Below, piece after piece: positions 7,873 through 17,253 of a DNA stretch of 64,000 bases. Each line of letters opens with the position of its first letter. Position 1 is the first letter of the stretch. Both the position numbers and the translations under genes were made by a program. The DNA lies in NCBI GenBank assembly GCA_020161455.1, contig JAIUNZ010000002.1:131091-195090 (forward strand), read 5' to 3'. The notes under the pieces were generated by a model, which was not told the DNA's origin, did no database searches, and saw only the letters and a list, made by a program, of their open reading frames with translations. This DNA is from Bacteroidota bacterium (GTDB lineage Bacteria > Bacteroidota > Bacteroidia > Flavobacteriales > Flavobacteriaceae).

Positions 7873-9561
7873 TTATTTTATGTTAAAAATTTGTTCTAAT
7901 ATTTTAATAGTAATCAAATATGTGGGTTTAACTCCCGTAGTTCCTAAGCCACCAGATGCTAATGTACTTCCTGTTTCCAATGGATTATCAGATGCATAAT
8001 AAGCATATCTTACTTTTACATTTTCTGGAATACTTTTTCTAATTTTTGAAGCTGATTGAATGGCTTTTTGATAATAAGCACCTTCCATTTCCAGTCCGAT
8101 TACTTCCCAGGTAGATTCGTGGAAGAATTTTAATAACTCTTTGTTTTGAAGCGATGTTCCAAGAACGGTTATCATTGGTCCGGCAAAAACAGGAATGCCA
8201 TTTCCTTCAAACATTTCGGCTGTTAATTGATTTTCGAATGGATAATTGTCTGCTGTTCCTTCATTTATATGTGCTGATGGAATCATAATATCGCCTTTTC
8301 CACCTTGAAGAATTCCTGCTTTTCCCATGATGGAAACCGACGCTACATTGATTAATTTTTTGTCTTTTCCATTTTTAAAGGGTTTTAACAATTCATCTAT
8401 GGTTTCAAAAGCTTGTTCTCCAAAAGCATAATCCATAACGATTAATACCGGAAATTCTTTCTCAATTTTTGCTGTTGGAAATGCCGATTTTTTCCAATCA
8501 ATTTTTGCAGTATCAAAAATTTGTACATCAATGTTTGTTCCCGATTCGTCTGGAAGTGAAATCATTCCGTGCTGAACAGCAAATGCTTCTACTTTATCTC
8601 GAACATCATGTGCGCCTTGTTTGCTTAATTCTTGAAAAATATCAAACTCTGATTTTCCTTTAAACTTTGTTCCTAAAACATGGGTAGCAAATAACGAATT
8701 CATCACACTATGCATATTGGCACTTATGATATGAATTGGTCTATCAATCAATTTGTTTTCTTTTAAAACTTGTTTGATTCTTGTTGCCCAAATTTCTCCA
8801 TGAATATGATGTCCTAATCGTTCTCTTAAAATAGGACTAAACGTAATAGTTCGTTTATTATTGTCTATTATTTCTTCTATGGCCAATTTTCCTAACCAAT
8901 AAATTACATGTAAAAAGCGGTCTGGTTTTTCTTTGGTTCCAAATGAATCGTAGATGTCTAACACTTCAATAAAAGTTCTTCCTAATACATTTGCTGTATG
9001 TGAAATGGCTTTCTCTTTTTCAACTTGTGTTAATTTTTTAGTTTGAAGAACAGCTTGTTCTAATTTTTGCCAATCTCGCGATAATTTTCCTTCTTCATCT
9101 TCTAAAACTCTGTCTTTTATTTTATGTGATTCTATAAAAATAAAAGTCAAATGCGTTAAAATATCGTAGATGTCTGATCGACCACGAGTGATTTCAACAT
9201 TCATTTGTTCTTCATCTATTCGGTAACAATTTCGTTTTCTCTTTGGTGGTACTATAGCTTGAAAATGCGACTTAGAATAACCCTCATCTGATGTTAAATT
9301 AATATAACGACATTCTTCAATTCCAACGGGTAATCTTTCTATAACATAAAGCAAACCACTTAGTTCTACTTTTTCTTCTGCAATACTTCCATAAATTTCT
9401 GGACTAAGCTCTAACAAAGCTTCTCTTAAAGTATCTCCCGAAACACCCATTGGTTTATAGAAACCTCTGTTGAATAAATGTCTCATGGTAATGTACAATC
9501 GTTCGATAGCTGCCGACGATTCTTGCGCTTTGGAGCGCGAAATGTTTTTAATTTCTTTCAT
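7873..9561 (-). CDS. Conserved hypothetical protein with a C-terminal nucleoside-phosphorylase-like (PNP/UDP fold) domain
   Basis: The track ORF begins at a TTG that is itself part of a TATCTTTG -7 box, so I prefer the ATG at 9561 (MKEIKNISR), giving 562 aa. The C-terminal third has VLIVMDYAFGEQA, GKAG and GLEMEGAYY, which resembles phosphorylase-family motifs. Confidence 0.6.
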   Translation of the reverse strand: MKEIKNISRSKAQESSAAIERLYITMRHLFNRGFYKPMGVSGDTLREALLELSPEIYGSIAEEKVELSGLLYVIERLPVGIEECRYINLTSDEGYSKSHFQAIVPPKRKRNCYRIDEEQMNVEITRGRSDIYDILTHLTFIFIESHKIKDRVLEDEEGKLSRDWQKLEQAVLQTKKLTQVEKEKAISHTANVLGRTFIEVLDIYDSFGTKEKPDRFLHVIYWLGKLAIEEIIDNNKRTITFSPILRERLGHHIHGEIWATRIKQVLKENKLIDRPIHIISANMHSVMNSLFATHVLGTKFKGKSEFDIFQELSKQGAHDVRDKVEAFAVQHGMISLPDESGTNIDVQIFDTAKIDWKKSAFPTAKIEKEFPVLIVMDYAFGEQAFETIDELLKPFKNGKDKKLINVASVSIMGKAGILQGGKGDIMIPSAHINEGTADNYPFENQLTAEMFEGNGIPVFAGPMITVLGTSLQNKELLKFFHESTWEVIGLEMEGAYYQKAIQSASKIRKSIPENVKVRYAYYASDNPLETGSTLASGGLGTTGVKPTYLITIKILEQIFNIK

Positions 9562-9582
9562 TAAATTGTTTTTACTAACCCG

Positions 9583-9590
9583 CAAAGATA
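9583..9590 (-). promoter_or_regulatory. Bacteroidota -7 promoter box TAnnTTTG (TATCTTTG)
   Basis: The minus strand reads TATCTTTG, with 21 nt between it and the ATG at 9561. It lies just downstream of the stop of the preceding gene. Confidence 0.5.
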
Positions 9591-9603
9591 GTTTTTTTAT
9601 AGT

Positions 9604-10464
9604 TTAGTTGGTTAAAACAAGGTTAATTGCTGGTTCGTATATTTTCATTTTTTCTTCGTTTTCTTCTTTACTCCACTTTCCTCCAAAAAAGATAAACTTG
9701 TCTCTTCGCTGTACATAATCATAAAGTATGTAGGGAAAATAAAGTCGTTCTGTTTTTGAAATGTTACTATTCTTATCTATTGAAGTGACTTCCAACTTGT
9801 TTTTTTCAATCATCAGTTTCTCAAAAACTACAAACAGTCCGTTCTTAGGCATCACTAAATGATAGTTGGATACGTCAAACTTGTGTTTAAAAACGCCATT
9901 TTTAATATAAACAATATTCTCCTTTTTTAATAAATTCTCGTCTGGCAAACCATCACTTCCAACGCTATAAAAATGCAATCTTATTGAAGCATCTTCTATT
10001 TTACTATCTGTTTGTAGCGTTACATATTTAATATAAGGTGTCTTTTTATATTCTGGTAAAAAAGGAAAAAATTTACAATCTACTTTGGGTCCATTTGGAA
10101 ATGCTTCAAATATTTTGTTCTCACTTTTACCAATCGTTTTTTGTTTGGTTTCCAATCGTTTTGAAATAAATACTTCTTTCAGTTCGATGGATGATTCTTT
10201 TAAAATTACTTTTTTACAGTCTTTGCCTAAAATAATTTTCTTTTCATATCCTAAAACATTAAAAATCAAACGACTATTTTCATTATTGGTATGAATAATA
10301 AACTCGCCACTTTCTTCGCTCGAAGTGCCAATGTTTTCGCCTTCAACCCAAATATTTACAAATGGAATTGGAGTGTTATTTTCGTCAACAACAATGCCCT
10401 TTAGCTGACTAAAAACCGAACTTGTAATTAAAAACAACAGCAATAGTAGTCTTTTATCTTTCAT
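9604..10464 (-). CDS. Carboxypeptidase-regulatory-like (CarboxypepD_reg) domain protein, secreted
   Basis: Signal peptide followed by LKGIVVDENNTPIPFVNIWVEGENIGTSSEESGEFII, a typical CarboxypepD_reg beta-sandwich. ATGA overlap with the GH3 gene. Confidence 0.6.
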   Translation of the reverse strand: MKDKRLLLLLFLITSSVFSQLKGIVVDENNTPIPFVNIWVEGENIGTSSEESGEFIIHTNNENSRLIFNVLGYEKKIILGKDCKKVILKESSIELKEVFISKRLETKQKTIGKSENKIFEAFPNGPKVDCKFFPFLPEYKKTPYIKYVTLQTDSKIEDASIRLHFYSVGSDGLPDENLLKKENIVYIKNGVFKHKFDVSNYHLVMPKNGLFVVFEKLMIEKNKLEVTSIDKNSNISKTERLYFPYILYDYVQRRDKFIFFGGKWSKEENEEKMKIYEPAINLVLTN

Positions 10465-11969
10465 CTATTTTCTTTGTTCTGTGCTCTATTTTCAAAATAA
10501 TCAGCAATCTTTCTATCATTTGCCAATCGTGGTAATTTATTTTGTCCTCCTAGTTTTCCAATCGATTTCATATAGTCTTGAAAACCATTTTTAGAAACTT
10601 TAGTGATGACTAATTTTCGCAACACTTTGCCCACAATTAAATCATCGTAATAGGCATTTTGTTTGCGCATTTCGTCATCAATTTGCAAGGCAAAATCTTC
10701 TAATTTTTCAGGTTCATTTTCAAACTCAATGAACCATTCATGATAAGGTAATCCTTCTTTTGGCGTAATTTGTGGCGCAACGGTAAATTCATTAATTGAT
10801 ATGTTTGAATTTTGCATTGCTAATTGTAACGCGCTTTCTACTTCCTTACCAATAACATGTTCGCCAAAAGCTGAAATATAATGCTTGATTCTTCCAGAAA
10901 CGATAACTCGATAAGGTTTCAGTGAAGTAAACTGAACGGTATCTCCAATATTATATCCCCAAAGTCCGGCGTTGGTAGAAATGATTAAAACATAATTCAT
11001 GTTAAGTACTACTTCGCCAATAGTATATCGTTTTGGATTTTCAGTATAAAATTCATCAGCCTTTATAAATTCATAAAAAATACCCGAATTCAACAACAAC
11101 AACATTCCTTTTTCGTGTTGTGAATCCTGATAAGCAAAAAATCCTTCCGAAGCCGGAAACAACTCAATAGAATCTACTTTTCGTCCTATTAGATTTTCAA
11201 ATTTGGCTCTATAAGGTTCATAGTTTACACCGCCGTAGATAAACAAATTAAAGTTCCTAAAAATATCCCCAACAGGTTTATTGGTCTTTTGTTCTAGCTT
11301 TTCAAAGTACATCTGAACCCACGACGGAATTCCCGAAATCACCGACATGTTTTCGGTAATAGTTTCTTCAACTATAGCATTTACTTTGGTTTCCCAATCT
11401 TCAATACAATTGGTTTCCCAACTAGGCATTCTATTTTTCATCAAATATTTTGGAACAAAATGTGCTACAATTCCAGAAAGTCGTCCGAGCTTAATCCCGT
11501 TTTTTTCTTCCAAAATCGGACTACCTTGCAAGAATATCATTTTGCCATCTACAAAATCTGCTTTTCCTGTTTCGTGAATGTAACTCAAAATAGCATTTCG
11601 AGCTGCTTCAATATGATAAGGCATCGATGCTGCCGTTAATGGAATATATTTTGCACCCGAAGTCGTACCCGAAGTTTTTGCAAAATACAATGGTTTTCCT
11701 TTCCAAAGTATGTTTTCTTCACCTTTAACAACACGATCTACATAAGGCTTCAATGCTTCATAATCTCGAACTGGAACTTGAGCCGAAAAATCTTTAAAAG
11801 TCTTTATTTTTGAAAAATTGTGGTCTTTCCCAAATGCTGTTTCACGCGCTTGCTTTATCAAATCTTCAAAAACTTTTTGTTGTGTTTCCACAGGTTTTGA
11901 AACCCATTTTTGGGTTTGAAGATGAATCTTTTTAGCAAATAATTTAGCAGCAATTGCTTTTATTGACAT
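10461..11969 (-). CDS. GH3 (auxin-responsive promoter) family acyl-adenylate-forming enzyme
   Basis: 502 aa. The N-terminus (KWVSKPVETQQKVFEDLIKQARETAFGKDHNF), FAKTSGTTSGAKYIP and the overall length match bacterial GH3-family proteins common in Bacteroidota. Confidence 0.75.
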   Translation of the reverse strand: MSIKAIAAKLFAKKIHLQTQKWVSKPVETQQKVFEDLIKQARETAFGKDHNFSKIKTFKDFSAQVPVRDYEALKPYVDRVVKGEENILWKGKPLYFAKTSGTTSGAKYIPLTAASMPYHIEAARNAILSYIHETGKADFVDGKMIFLQGSPILEEKNGIKLGRLSGIVAHFVPKYLMKNRMPSWETNCIEDWETKVNAIVEETITENMSVISGIPSWVQMYFEKLEQKTNKPVGDIFRNFNLFIYGGVNYEPYRAKFENLIGRKVDSIELFPASEGFFAYQDSQHEKGMLLLLNSGIFYEFIKADEFYTENPKRYTIGEVVLNMNYVLIISTNAGLWGYNIGDTVQFTSLKPYRVIVSGRIKHYISAFGEHVIGKEVESALQLAMQNSNISINEFTVAPQITPKEGLPYHEWFIEFENEPEKLEDFALQIDDEMRKQNAYYDDLIVGKVLRKLVITKVSKNGFQDYMKSIGKLGGQNKLPRLANDRKIADYFENRAQNKENR

Positions 11970-11971
11970 AC

Positions 11972-12337
11972 TTATTCTTGATTAGTAAATTTTTTCTTAA
12001 TGTCTCTTTCAACCGTAAAAAACAATAATAATATAACAATCGCAATTGAAACCAAACTTGTTATTAATTCTTGTCCAATATCAAAAGGAATAAACAATTT
12101 TAATCCAGAAATCAGAATCAATAACAACCCTGATTGTATCATTTTTATAGAAGAAATTCGTTGTGAAAAATCCCAAACTTCTTGCGATTTCATAGATGCA
12201 CTCGTTCGATAACCATAAAAATGATTAATCTTCTTTGGTGGAAAAAAATACATAATCAAACCCGTAACACAAAAAATAAAGCCTATAAAAAAAGGCATTC
12301 CCATCATATTGGTTGACACTATGTTAATGATATCCAT
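11972..12337 (-). CDS. SdpI/YhfL-family small membrane protein
   Basis: 121 aa with 3-4 TM segments. The motif PPKKINHFYGYRTSASMKSQEVWDFSQR is typical of the SdpI family. Confidence 0.6.
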   Translation of the reverse strand: MDIINIVSTNMMGMPFFIGFIFCVTGLIMYFFPPKKINHFYGYRTSASMKSQEVWDFSQRISSIKMIQSGLLLILISGLKLFIPFDIGQELITSLVSIAIVILLLFFTVERDIKKKFTNQE

Positions 12338-12339
12338 AA

Positions 12340-13212
12340 TTATTCAAAATTAATAAAAACCGTTGGATCAATCGGATAACCGTCTTTCCAAAGCTCAAAA
12401 TGCAAATGAATTCCCGTCGATTCTTGACCAGTCGAACCAGCAAGCGCAATAACTTCTCCAGTTCTAACAGCATCTCCTTGCGATTTCGTCAACGAAGCAG
12501 CGTGTTTATAAACCGAAATAAATCCATTATTATGACGAATAATAATTACATTTCCAGTAGTTGGAGTCCAATCTGCAAAAATTACTTTTCCCGTCAAAAT
12601 TGCTTTTATAGGTGTGTTTTTTGCCAAAGCTACATCAATGGCATAGTGCTTTTCCCTAGCATTAAATTTTTCAGTAATCAATCCTTTTGCAGGTGGAAAA
12701 AATACTGTAGTTACCTTCGGTTTTGCCTTTTCAAAAAGATTGTACTTATCTTCTTGCGCTACTTCTTCTCTAAGTTTCAATTCTTCCTCGTCGGGCAACA
12801 TTTCTTTTTCATCAACAACTTCTGTCGTAGCTACTGCCAAAATAGAATCCTTATTAAACTTAGCATATTCCAACTCTCCAGTAAGTATCTTTTTAATTGA
12901 TTTAATATAAGCATCGTTTTCTTGAATTCGTTTCGTTAAAGAATCCGATTTCAAAGCCAATTCCGTTGCGTCTTTTTTAAGTTTTGAAGAAGCATAACCA
13001 GGAATATATTCGCGCAAAGGTGTAAATGCAATTATAAAAGTAGTTACAAAAATGATAATAATAGCACCCAAAGTGGCCACCACAAAAACATTCATCATCG
13101 TTAATCGCAAAGAAAACAATTCTTCAAAAGTATCTTCATTCAAAATAACCAATCGGTTTTTGGTAAAGAGTTTTTTCTTGATTTTTTTACGTTTTAAACG
13201 TTTCTCAGACAT
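12340..13212 (-). CDS. M23-family peptidoglycan metalloendopeptidase
   Basis: N-terminal TM segment, a coiled region, and a C-terminal HYAIDV...GSTGQESTGIHLHFELW (HxH) M23 signature. Confidence 0.85.
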   Translation of the reverse strand: MSEKRLKRKKIKKKLFTKNRLVILNEDTFEELFSLRLTMMNVFVVATLGAIIIIFVTTFIIAFTPLREYIPGYASSKLKKDATELALKSDSLTKRIQENDAYIKSIKKILTGELEYAKFNKDSILAVATTEVVDEKEMLPDEEELKLREEVAQEDKYNLFEKAKPKVTTVFFPPAKGLITEKFNAREKHYAIDVALAKNTPIKAILTGKVIFADWTPTTGNVIIIRHNNGFISVYKHAASLTKSQGDAVRTGEVIALAGSTGQESTGIHLHFELWKDGYPIDPTVFINFE

Positions 13213-13381
13213 GATTTTTGATTGTGTTACAAATATAGAAAATAATACTCGATACTATTTCCTATGAATAACGAACTTTAACACCATTTATTTTCTATAA
13301 ATCAAAAAGAATATCAATTTCTTTTTACCTTTGCCTAACTTTATTACAAATAAAATCTGCGAAAGCATAAAATAAAATATC

Positions 13382-13564
13382 ATGGGAAGATTAGGAATGC
13401 CTGAAATATTAGTAATTCTAGTAGTTGTATTGCTTCTTTTTGGAGGTAAAAAAATTCCAGAACTAATGAAAGGTTTAGGAACAGGAATCAAAGAATTTAA
13501 AGACGCTGCAAAAGGTGAAGACGAAGCAAAAGCGACTTCTAAAAAAGAAGAAACTAAAGAGTAA
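13382..13564 (+). CDS. tatA: Twin-arginine translocase TatA/E-family subunit
   Basis: [42 protein letters not shown] followed by an acidic/lysine-rich tail. Confidence 0.9.
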   Translation: MGRLGMPEILVILVVVLLLFGGKKIPELMKGLGTGIKEFKDAAKGEDEAKATSKKEETKE

Positions 13565-13587
13565 CCTTTTTTAATTTACAAAACAGT

Positions 13588-13636
13588 AAACCCCAAAATA
13601 CAATTCATAAAAAAATTGATGTTTGGGGTTTTTTTA
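13588..13636 (+). terminator. Intrinsic terminator after tatA
   Basis: AAACCCCAAA (13588-13597) pairs with TTTGGGGTTT (13622-13631) and is followed by a T-run. The loop is long (24 nt). Confidence 0.6.
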
Positions 13637-13669
13637 TCTATAAATAGCCACTGGCTAATCTTATCATAA

Positions 13670-15049
13670 ATGAAAAAAATAATTTTACTATTGATTTTAA
13701 TCTCAGGATATGCATCTGTTTTTTCACAAGAAATTATAGGCTCATGGGCTGGAGAACTAAATGTTCAAGGTAGAAAAATACCTTTAATTTTCAACATTAA
13801 AAAAATAGGCGACACCTATGAATCTACCGCAGATAGCCCAATGCAAGGTGCAAAAGATATTCCTATAGACAACACAATTTTTAGCAACGATGAATTACTT
13901 TTAGATGCAAAAAAGTTAGGTTTTCAATACAAAGGAAAATTTGAAAACCAAACCATCACCGGTACTTTTTCCCAAGGTGGAATGACTATTGATTTGGTTC
14001 TTTCTAGAAAAAAAGAAAATGAATTTGAACTAAAAAGACCTCAAGAACCAAAAGCTCCTTTCAACTACATTATTCAAGAAGTTACTTTTACAAATCCAAA
14101 AGACAATAATATTCTCGCAGGAACATTAACACTTCCAAAAGACAAAAAAGAATTTCCAATTGCTGTTTTAATAACCGGCTCTGGTCAAGAAAATAGAGAT
14201 TCAGAAATTTTTGGTCATAAACCATTTTGGGTAATTGCCGATGATTTTGCCAAAAAAGGAATCGGTGTTTTACGAATTGACGATAGAGGAATTGGCGGTT
14301 CAAGCAAAGGAAATAACAACGATACTTCCGAAAATTTTGCAGGTGATATAAACACTGCTGTCGATTTTCTTAGTGAAAAAGGTTACAAAAACATCGGACT
14401 AATAGGTCATAGCGAAGGCGGATTAATTGCACCAATGGTAGCCGCAAAAAACAAAAATGTAAAATTTTTAATTTCAATGGCTGGTCCAGGTGTTTCTATT
14501 GATGAATTATTGCTTTTACAAACTAAGGCTCTTTCTAAGTCAAATGGTGCTAGTGAGGAAGAAATAATAGCTACCAGCGCATTCAATAAAAAATTATATT
14601 CTTTTATTAAAAATTATGACGGAACTAATTTAGAAACAGAAATTAGACCTATATTTATTGAAGAATTAAAAAAATCATTTGCAAACGAATTGCCAAGTGA
14701 AACTGAACTCAATCAATATGTTGACGATCAAATGCAACAAATAACCAATCCTTGGTTTGTCTATTTTATAAAAAGCAATCCACAAGATTATTGGTCAAAA
14801 CTAAAAATACCCGTATTAGCAATAAACGGCACAAAAGATTTACAAGTAATCGCCACTGAAAATTTAGCTGGAATTAAAAAAGCATTAGAAAAAGCAGGAA
14901 ACAAAAAATTTGAAATCAAATCTTTCGAAGGTTTAAATCATCTATTTCAAACCGCAACTACTGGAGCCGTTTCAGAATACGTAACCATCGAAGAAACAAT
15001 TTCTCCAGCAGTTCTAAACACCATGAGCAACTGGATTTTAAAACAATAA
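13670..15049 (+). CDS. Secreted alpha/beta-hydrolase (serine hydrolase)
   Basis: Signal peptide, nucleophile elbow GHSEGG, and a late conserved NH (GLNHLF). Confidence 0.7.
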   Translation: MKKIILLLILISGYASVFSQEIIGSWAGELNVQGRKIPLIFNIKKIGDTYESTADSPMQGAKDIPIDNTIFSNDELLLDAKKLGFQYKGKFENQTITGTFSQGGMTIDLVLSRKKENEFELKRPQEPKAPFNYIIQEVTFTNPKDNNILAGTLTLPKDKKEFPIAVLITGSGQENRDSEIFGHKPFWVIADDFAKKGIGVLRIDDRGIGGSSKGNNNDTSENFAGDINTAVDFLSEKGYKNIGLIGHSEGGLIAPMVAAKNKNVKFLISMAGPGVSIDELLLLQTKALSKSNGASEEEIIATSAFNKKLYSFIKNYDGTNLETEIRPIFIEELKKSFANELPSETELNQYVDDQMQQITNPWFVYFIKSNPQDYWSKLKIPVLAINGTKDLQVIATENLAGIKKALEKAGNKKFEIKSFEGLNHLFQTATTGAVSEYVTIEETISPAVLNTMSNWILKQ

Positions 15050-15067
15050 CAATAGTTATAAAAATCG

Positions 15068-15111
15068 AAATCCCAAACTCAATTCAACAATTGAGTTTGG
15101 GATTTTTTTTT
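15068..15111. terminator. Bidirectional intrinsic terminator between the hydrolase gene (+) and tex (-)
   Basis: 17-bp stem AAATCCCAAACTCAATT / AATTGAGTTTGGGATTT, loop CAAC, with a T-run downstream and an A-run upstream. Confidence 0.85.
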
Positions 15112-15115
15112 GTTT

Positions 15116-17242
15116 CTATATAATCATCGTCAACTGAATTCTTTTCCGTGCTTCATCCACTTCAACCACTTTCACCTGAACATGCTGATGCATTTTCACC
15201 ACTTCATTCACATCACTAACAAATCCTTCCTTCAATTGCGAAATATGAACCAACCCGCTTTCTTTTATACCAATGTCAACAAAACATCCAAAAGCAGTAA
15301 TATTATTCACAATCCCCGGCAAAATCATCCCTTCTCGCAAATGTCCAATCGACTTCACATTTGGGTCAAATTCAAACACCTTTGCTGCTTTCCTCGGGTC
15401 CAAACCTGGTTTTTCCAATTCCTTCAAAATATTTTTGATGCCCAAAATTCCAACTTCAGCAGTAGTATAATTTTCAAGTTTCACCAAAGCAATCTTCTCT
15501 TTATTTCCAATCAATTCCGAAACCTTTACACCCAAATCCTTAGCCATCTTTTCAACCGTTTTATACGACTCAGGATGCACCGCCGAGTTATCCAACGGAT
15601 TTTTTCCGTCTTTGATTCTAATAAATGCCGCCGCTTGTTGATAAGCCTTGTCGCCCAATCTCGGCACCTTTTTCAACTGATTTCTATCCTCAAAGGCACC
15701 ATTCTCACTGCGATACGCCACTATATTCTCGGCCATCTTCTCTCCTATTCCGCTCACATAACTCAACAACGACTTGCTCGCGGTATTCAAATTAACGCCA
15801 ACAGAATTCACACATCGAACAACAGTTGTATCCAATTCTTCCTTCAATCTAGTCTGGTCAACATCATGTTGATATTGCCCAACACCAATCGATTTTGCAT
15901 CAATTTTTACCAATTCCGCCAACGGATCAGACAATCTTCTGCCTATAGAAACAGCTCCACGAACAGTAACATCATAACTCGGAAACTCCTCTCGAGCAAT
16001 CTTACTTGCCGAATAAACCGAAGCACCAGCTTCCGAAACCACAAATACCTGTACCGGTTTATCAAAAGCAATCTTCTTTATAAAAAACTCAGTCTCACGA
16101 CTAGCCGTTCCATTTCCAATCGAAATCGCTTCAATGTTATACGCATTTACCATCGATTTTATTTTCTTCATCGCCATCGTCGTTTCATTCTGTGGCGCAT
16201 GCGGATAAATCGTTTCATTGTATATCAAATCTCCTTTTTCATCCAAACAAACCACTTTACAACCAGAACGAAAACCTGGGTCAATAGCCAAAATTCTTTT
16301 TTCTCCCAAAGGCGGAGCAAGCAATAATTGACCTAAATTTTCTGCAAAAACCGATATCGCTTTGGTGTCTGCTTTCAATTTCGCTTCCTGCAATGTTTCA
16401 TTAGAAATTGCTGGTTCGAGCAGTCGTTTGTAACTGTCTTTTATGGCCAATTCCAACTGTTCCGCAGCTTCCGATTTTCTATTCTTAATAGTATTTTCTT
16501 CGATAAAATCAAGTGCTTCTTCTTTTTCTATAGATACTGAAAGTTTCACAAATCCTTCCGCTTCGGCACGCAACATCGCCAACAATCGATGCGATGGCGC
16601 TTTAGAAATCGGTTCGGCCCAATCAAAATACTGCTTAAACTTTTGTGCTTCTTCTTCTTCCGCTTTCTTCTTCACCACTTTGGTTTCAACAACTCCCGAA
16701 CGCTGAAACATTCGTCTAAGGTTTTTTCTAATATAAATGTTTTCGTTTATCCATTCCGCAATAATATCTCGTGCACCTTGCAAAGCTTCATCTTCATTCA
16801 CGACGTTTTTATTTAAATAGTTGGAGGCCAAAAACTCAATATCACCCGAATTTTGCGCCATAATGATTTTCGCCAACGGTTCTAATCCGTTTTCACGAGC
16901 CACATCGGCTTTGGTTTTTTTCTTCTTTTTATACGGCAAATACAAGTCTTCTATTTCTTGTAAATCAAAAGATTTCTCAATTTTAGATTTCAATTCCGCC
17001 GAAAGTTGTCCTTGTTCTTCAATCGAATTCAAAACGCTTTCTTTTCGTTTAACGATGTCATCAAATTGCTTCGATAGTTTAGCAATTTGTTCTATCTGAA
17101 CTTCATCCAAATTTCCGGTAGCATCTTTTCGATACCGCGAAATAAAAGGAATAGTACAATCTTCCGAAAGTAATTTTAAAGTAGCTTCTATGTTTTTATC
17201 AGCAGTATTTACAACTGATTTTATAAATTGAATGTTTGTCAT
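15116..17242 (-). CDS. tex: Tex-family RNA-binding transcription accessory protein
   Basis: 708 aa. TIPFISRYRKD N-terminus, YqgF-like ILAIDPGFRSGCK, HhH region and a C-terminal S1 domain (GMILPGIVNNITAFGCFVDIG). Confidence 0.92.
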   Translation of the reverse strand: MTNIQFIKSVVNTADKNIEATLKLLSEDCTIPFISRYRKDATGNLDEVQIEQIAKLSKQFDDIVKRKESVLNSIEEQGQLSAELKSKIEKSFDLQEIEDLYLPYKKKKKTKADVARENGLEPLAKIIMAQNSGDIEFLASNYLNKNVVNEDEALQGARDIIAEWINENIYIRKNLRRMFQRSGVVETKVVKKKAEEEEAQKFKQYFDWAEPISKAPSHRLLAMLRAEAEGFVKLSVSIEKEEALDFIEENTIKNRKSEAAEQLELAIKDSYKRLLEPAISNETLQEAKLKADTKAISVFAENLGQLLLAPPLGEKRILAIDPGFRSGCKVVCLDEKGDLIYNETIYPHAPQNETTMAMKKIKSMVNAYNIEAISIGNGTASRETEFFIKKIAFDKPVQVFVVSEAGASVYSASKIAREEFPSYDVTVRGAVSIGRRLSDPLAELVKIDAKSIGVGQYQHDVDQTRLKEELDTTVVRCVNSVGVNLNTASKSLLSYVSGIGEKMAENIVAYRSENGAFEDRNQLKKVPRLGDKAYQQAAAFIRIKDGKNPLDNSAVHPESYKTVEKMAKDLGVKVSELIGNKEKIALVKLENYTTAEVGILGIKNILKELEKPGLDPRKAAKVFEFDPNVKSIGHLREGMILPGIVNNITAFGCFVDIGIKESGLVHISQLKEGFVSDVNEVVKMHQHVQVKVVEVDEARKRIQLTMII

Positions 17243-17253
17243 TATAGGAGTAT

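Noticed and set aside
12400-12900. A 166-aa plus-strand ORF, together with similar antisense ORFs at 21698-22126, 33981-34340, 45156-45452, 55879-56226 and 59071-59457
   Set aside because: Each lies fully inside, and antisense to, a longer ORF that has clear family motifs. The translations are low-complexity with no start context.
13288-13491. A 67-aa minus-strand ORF overlapping tatA
   Set aside because: It overlaps the strongly supported tatA gene and its promoter region and has no motif, so it is spurious.
13640-13650. The shared 11-mer TATAAATAGCC after the tatA terminator and again at 29544-29554 just upstream of the 21-bp array, considered as a possible common promoter
   Set aside because: 11-mer coincidences are expected many times in 64 kb of AT-rich DNA. 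It matches neither TAnnTTTG nor any other defined element.
15110-16327. A 405-aa plus-strand ORF
   Set aside because: It lies entirely antisense to the well-supported tex gene. Its translation is low-complexity (H/N/R/F/S/I-rich) with no recognisable motif. It is a typical codon-bias shadow ORF.
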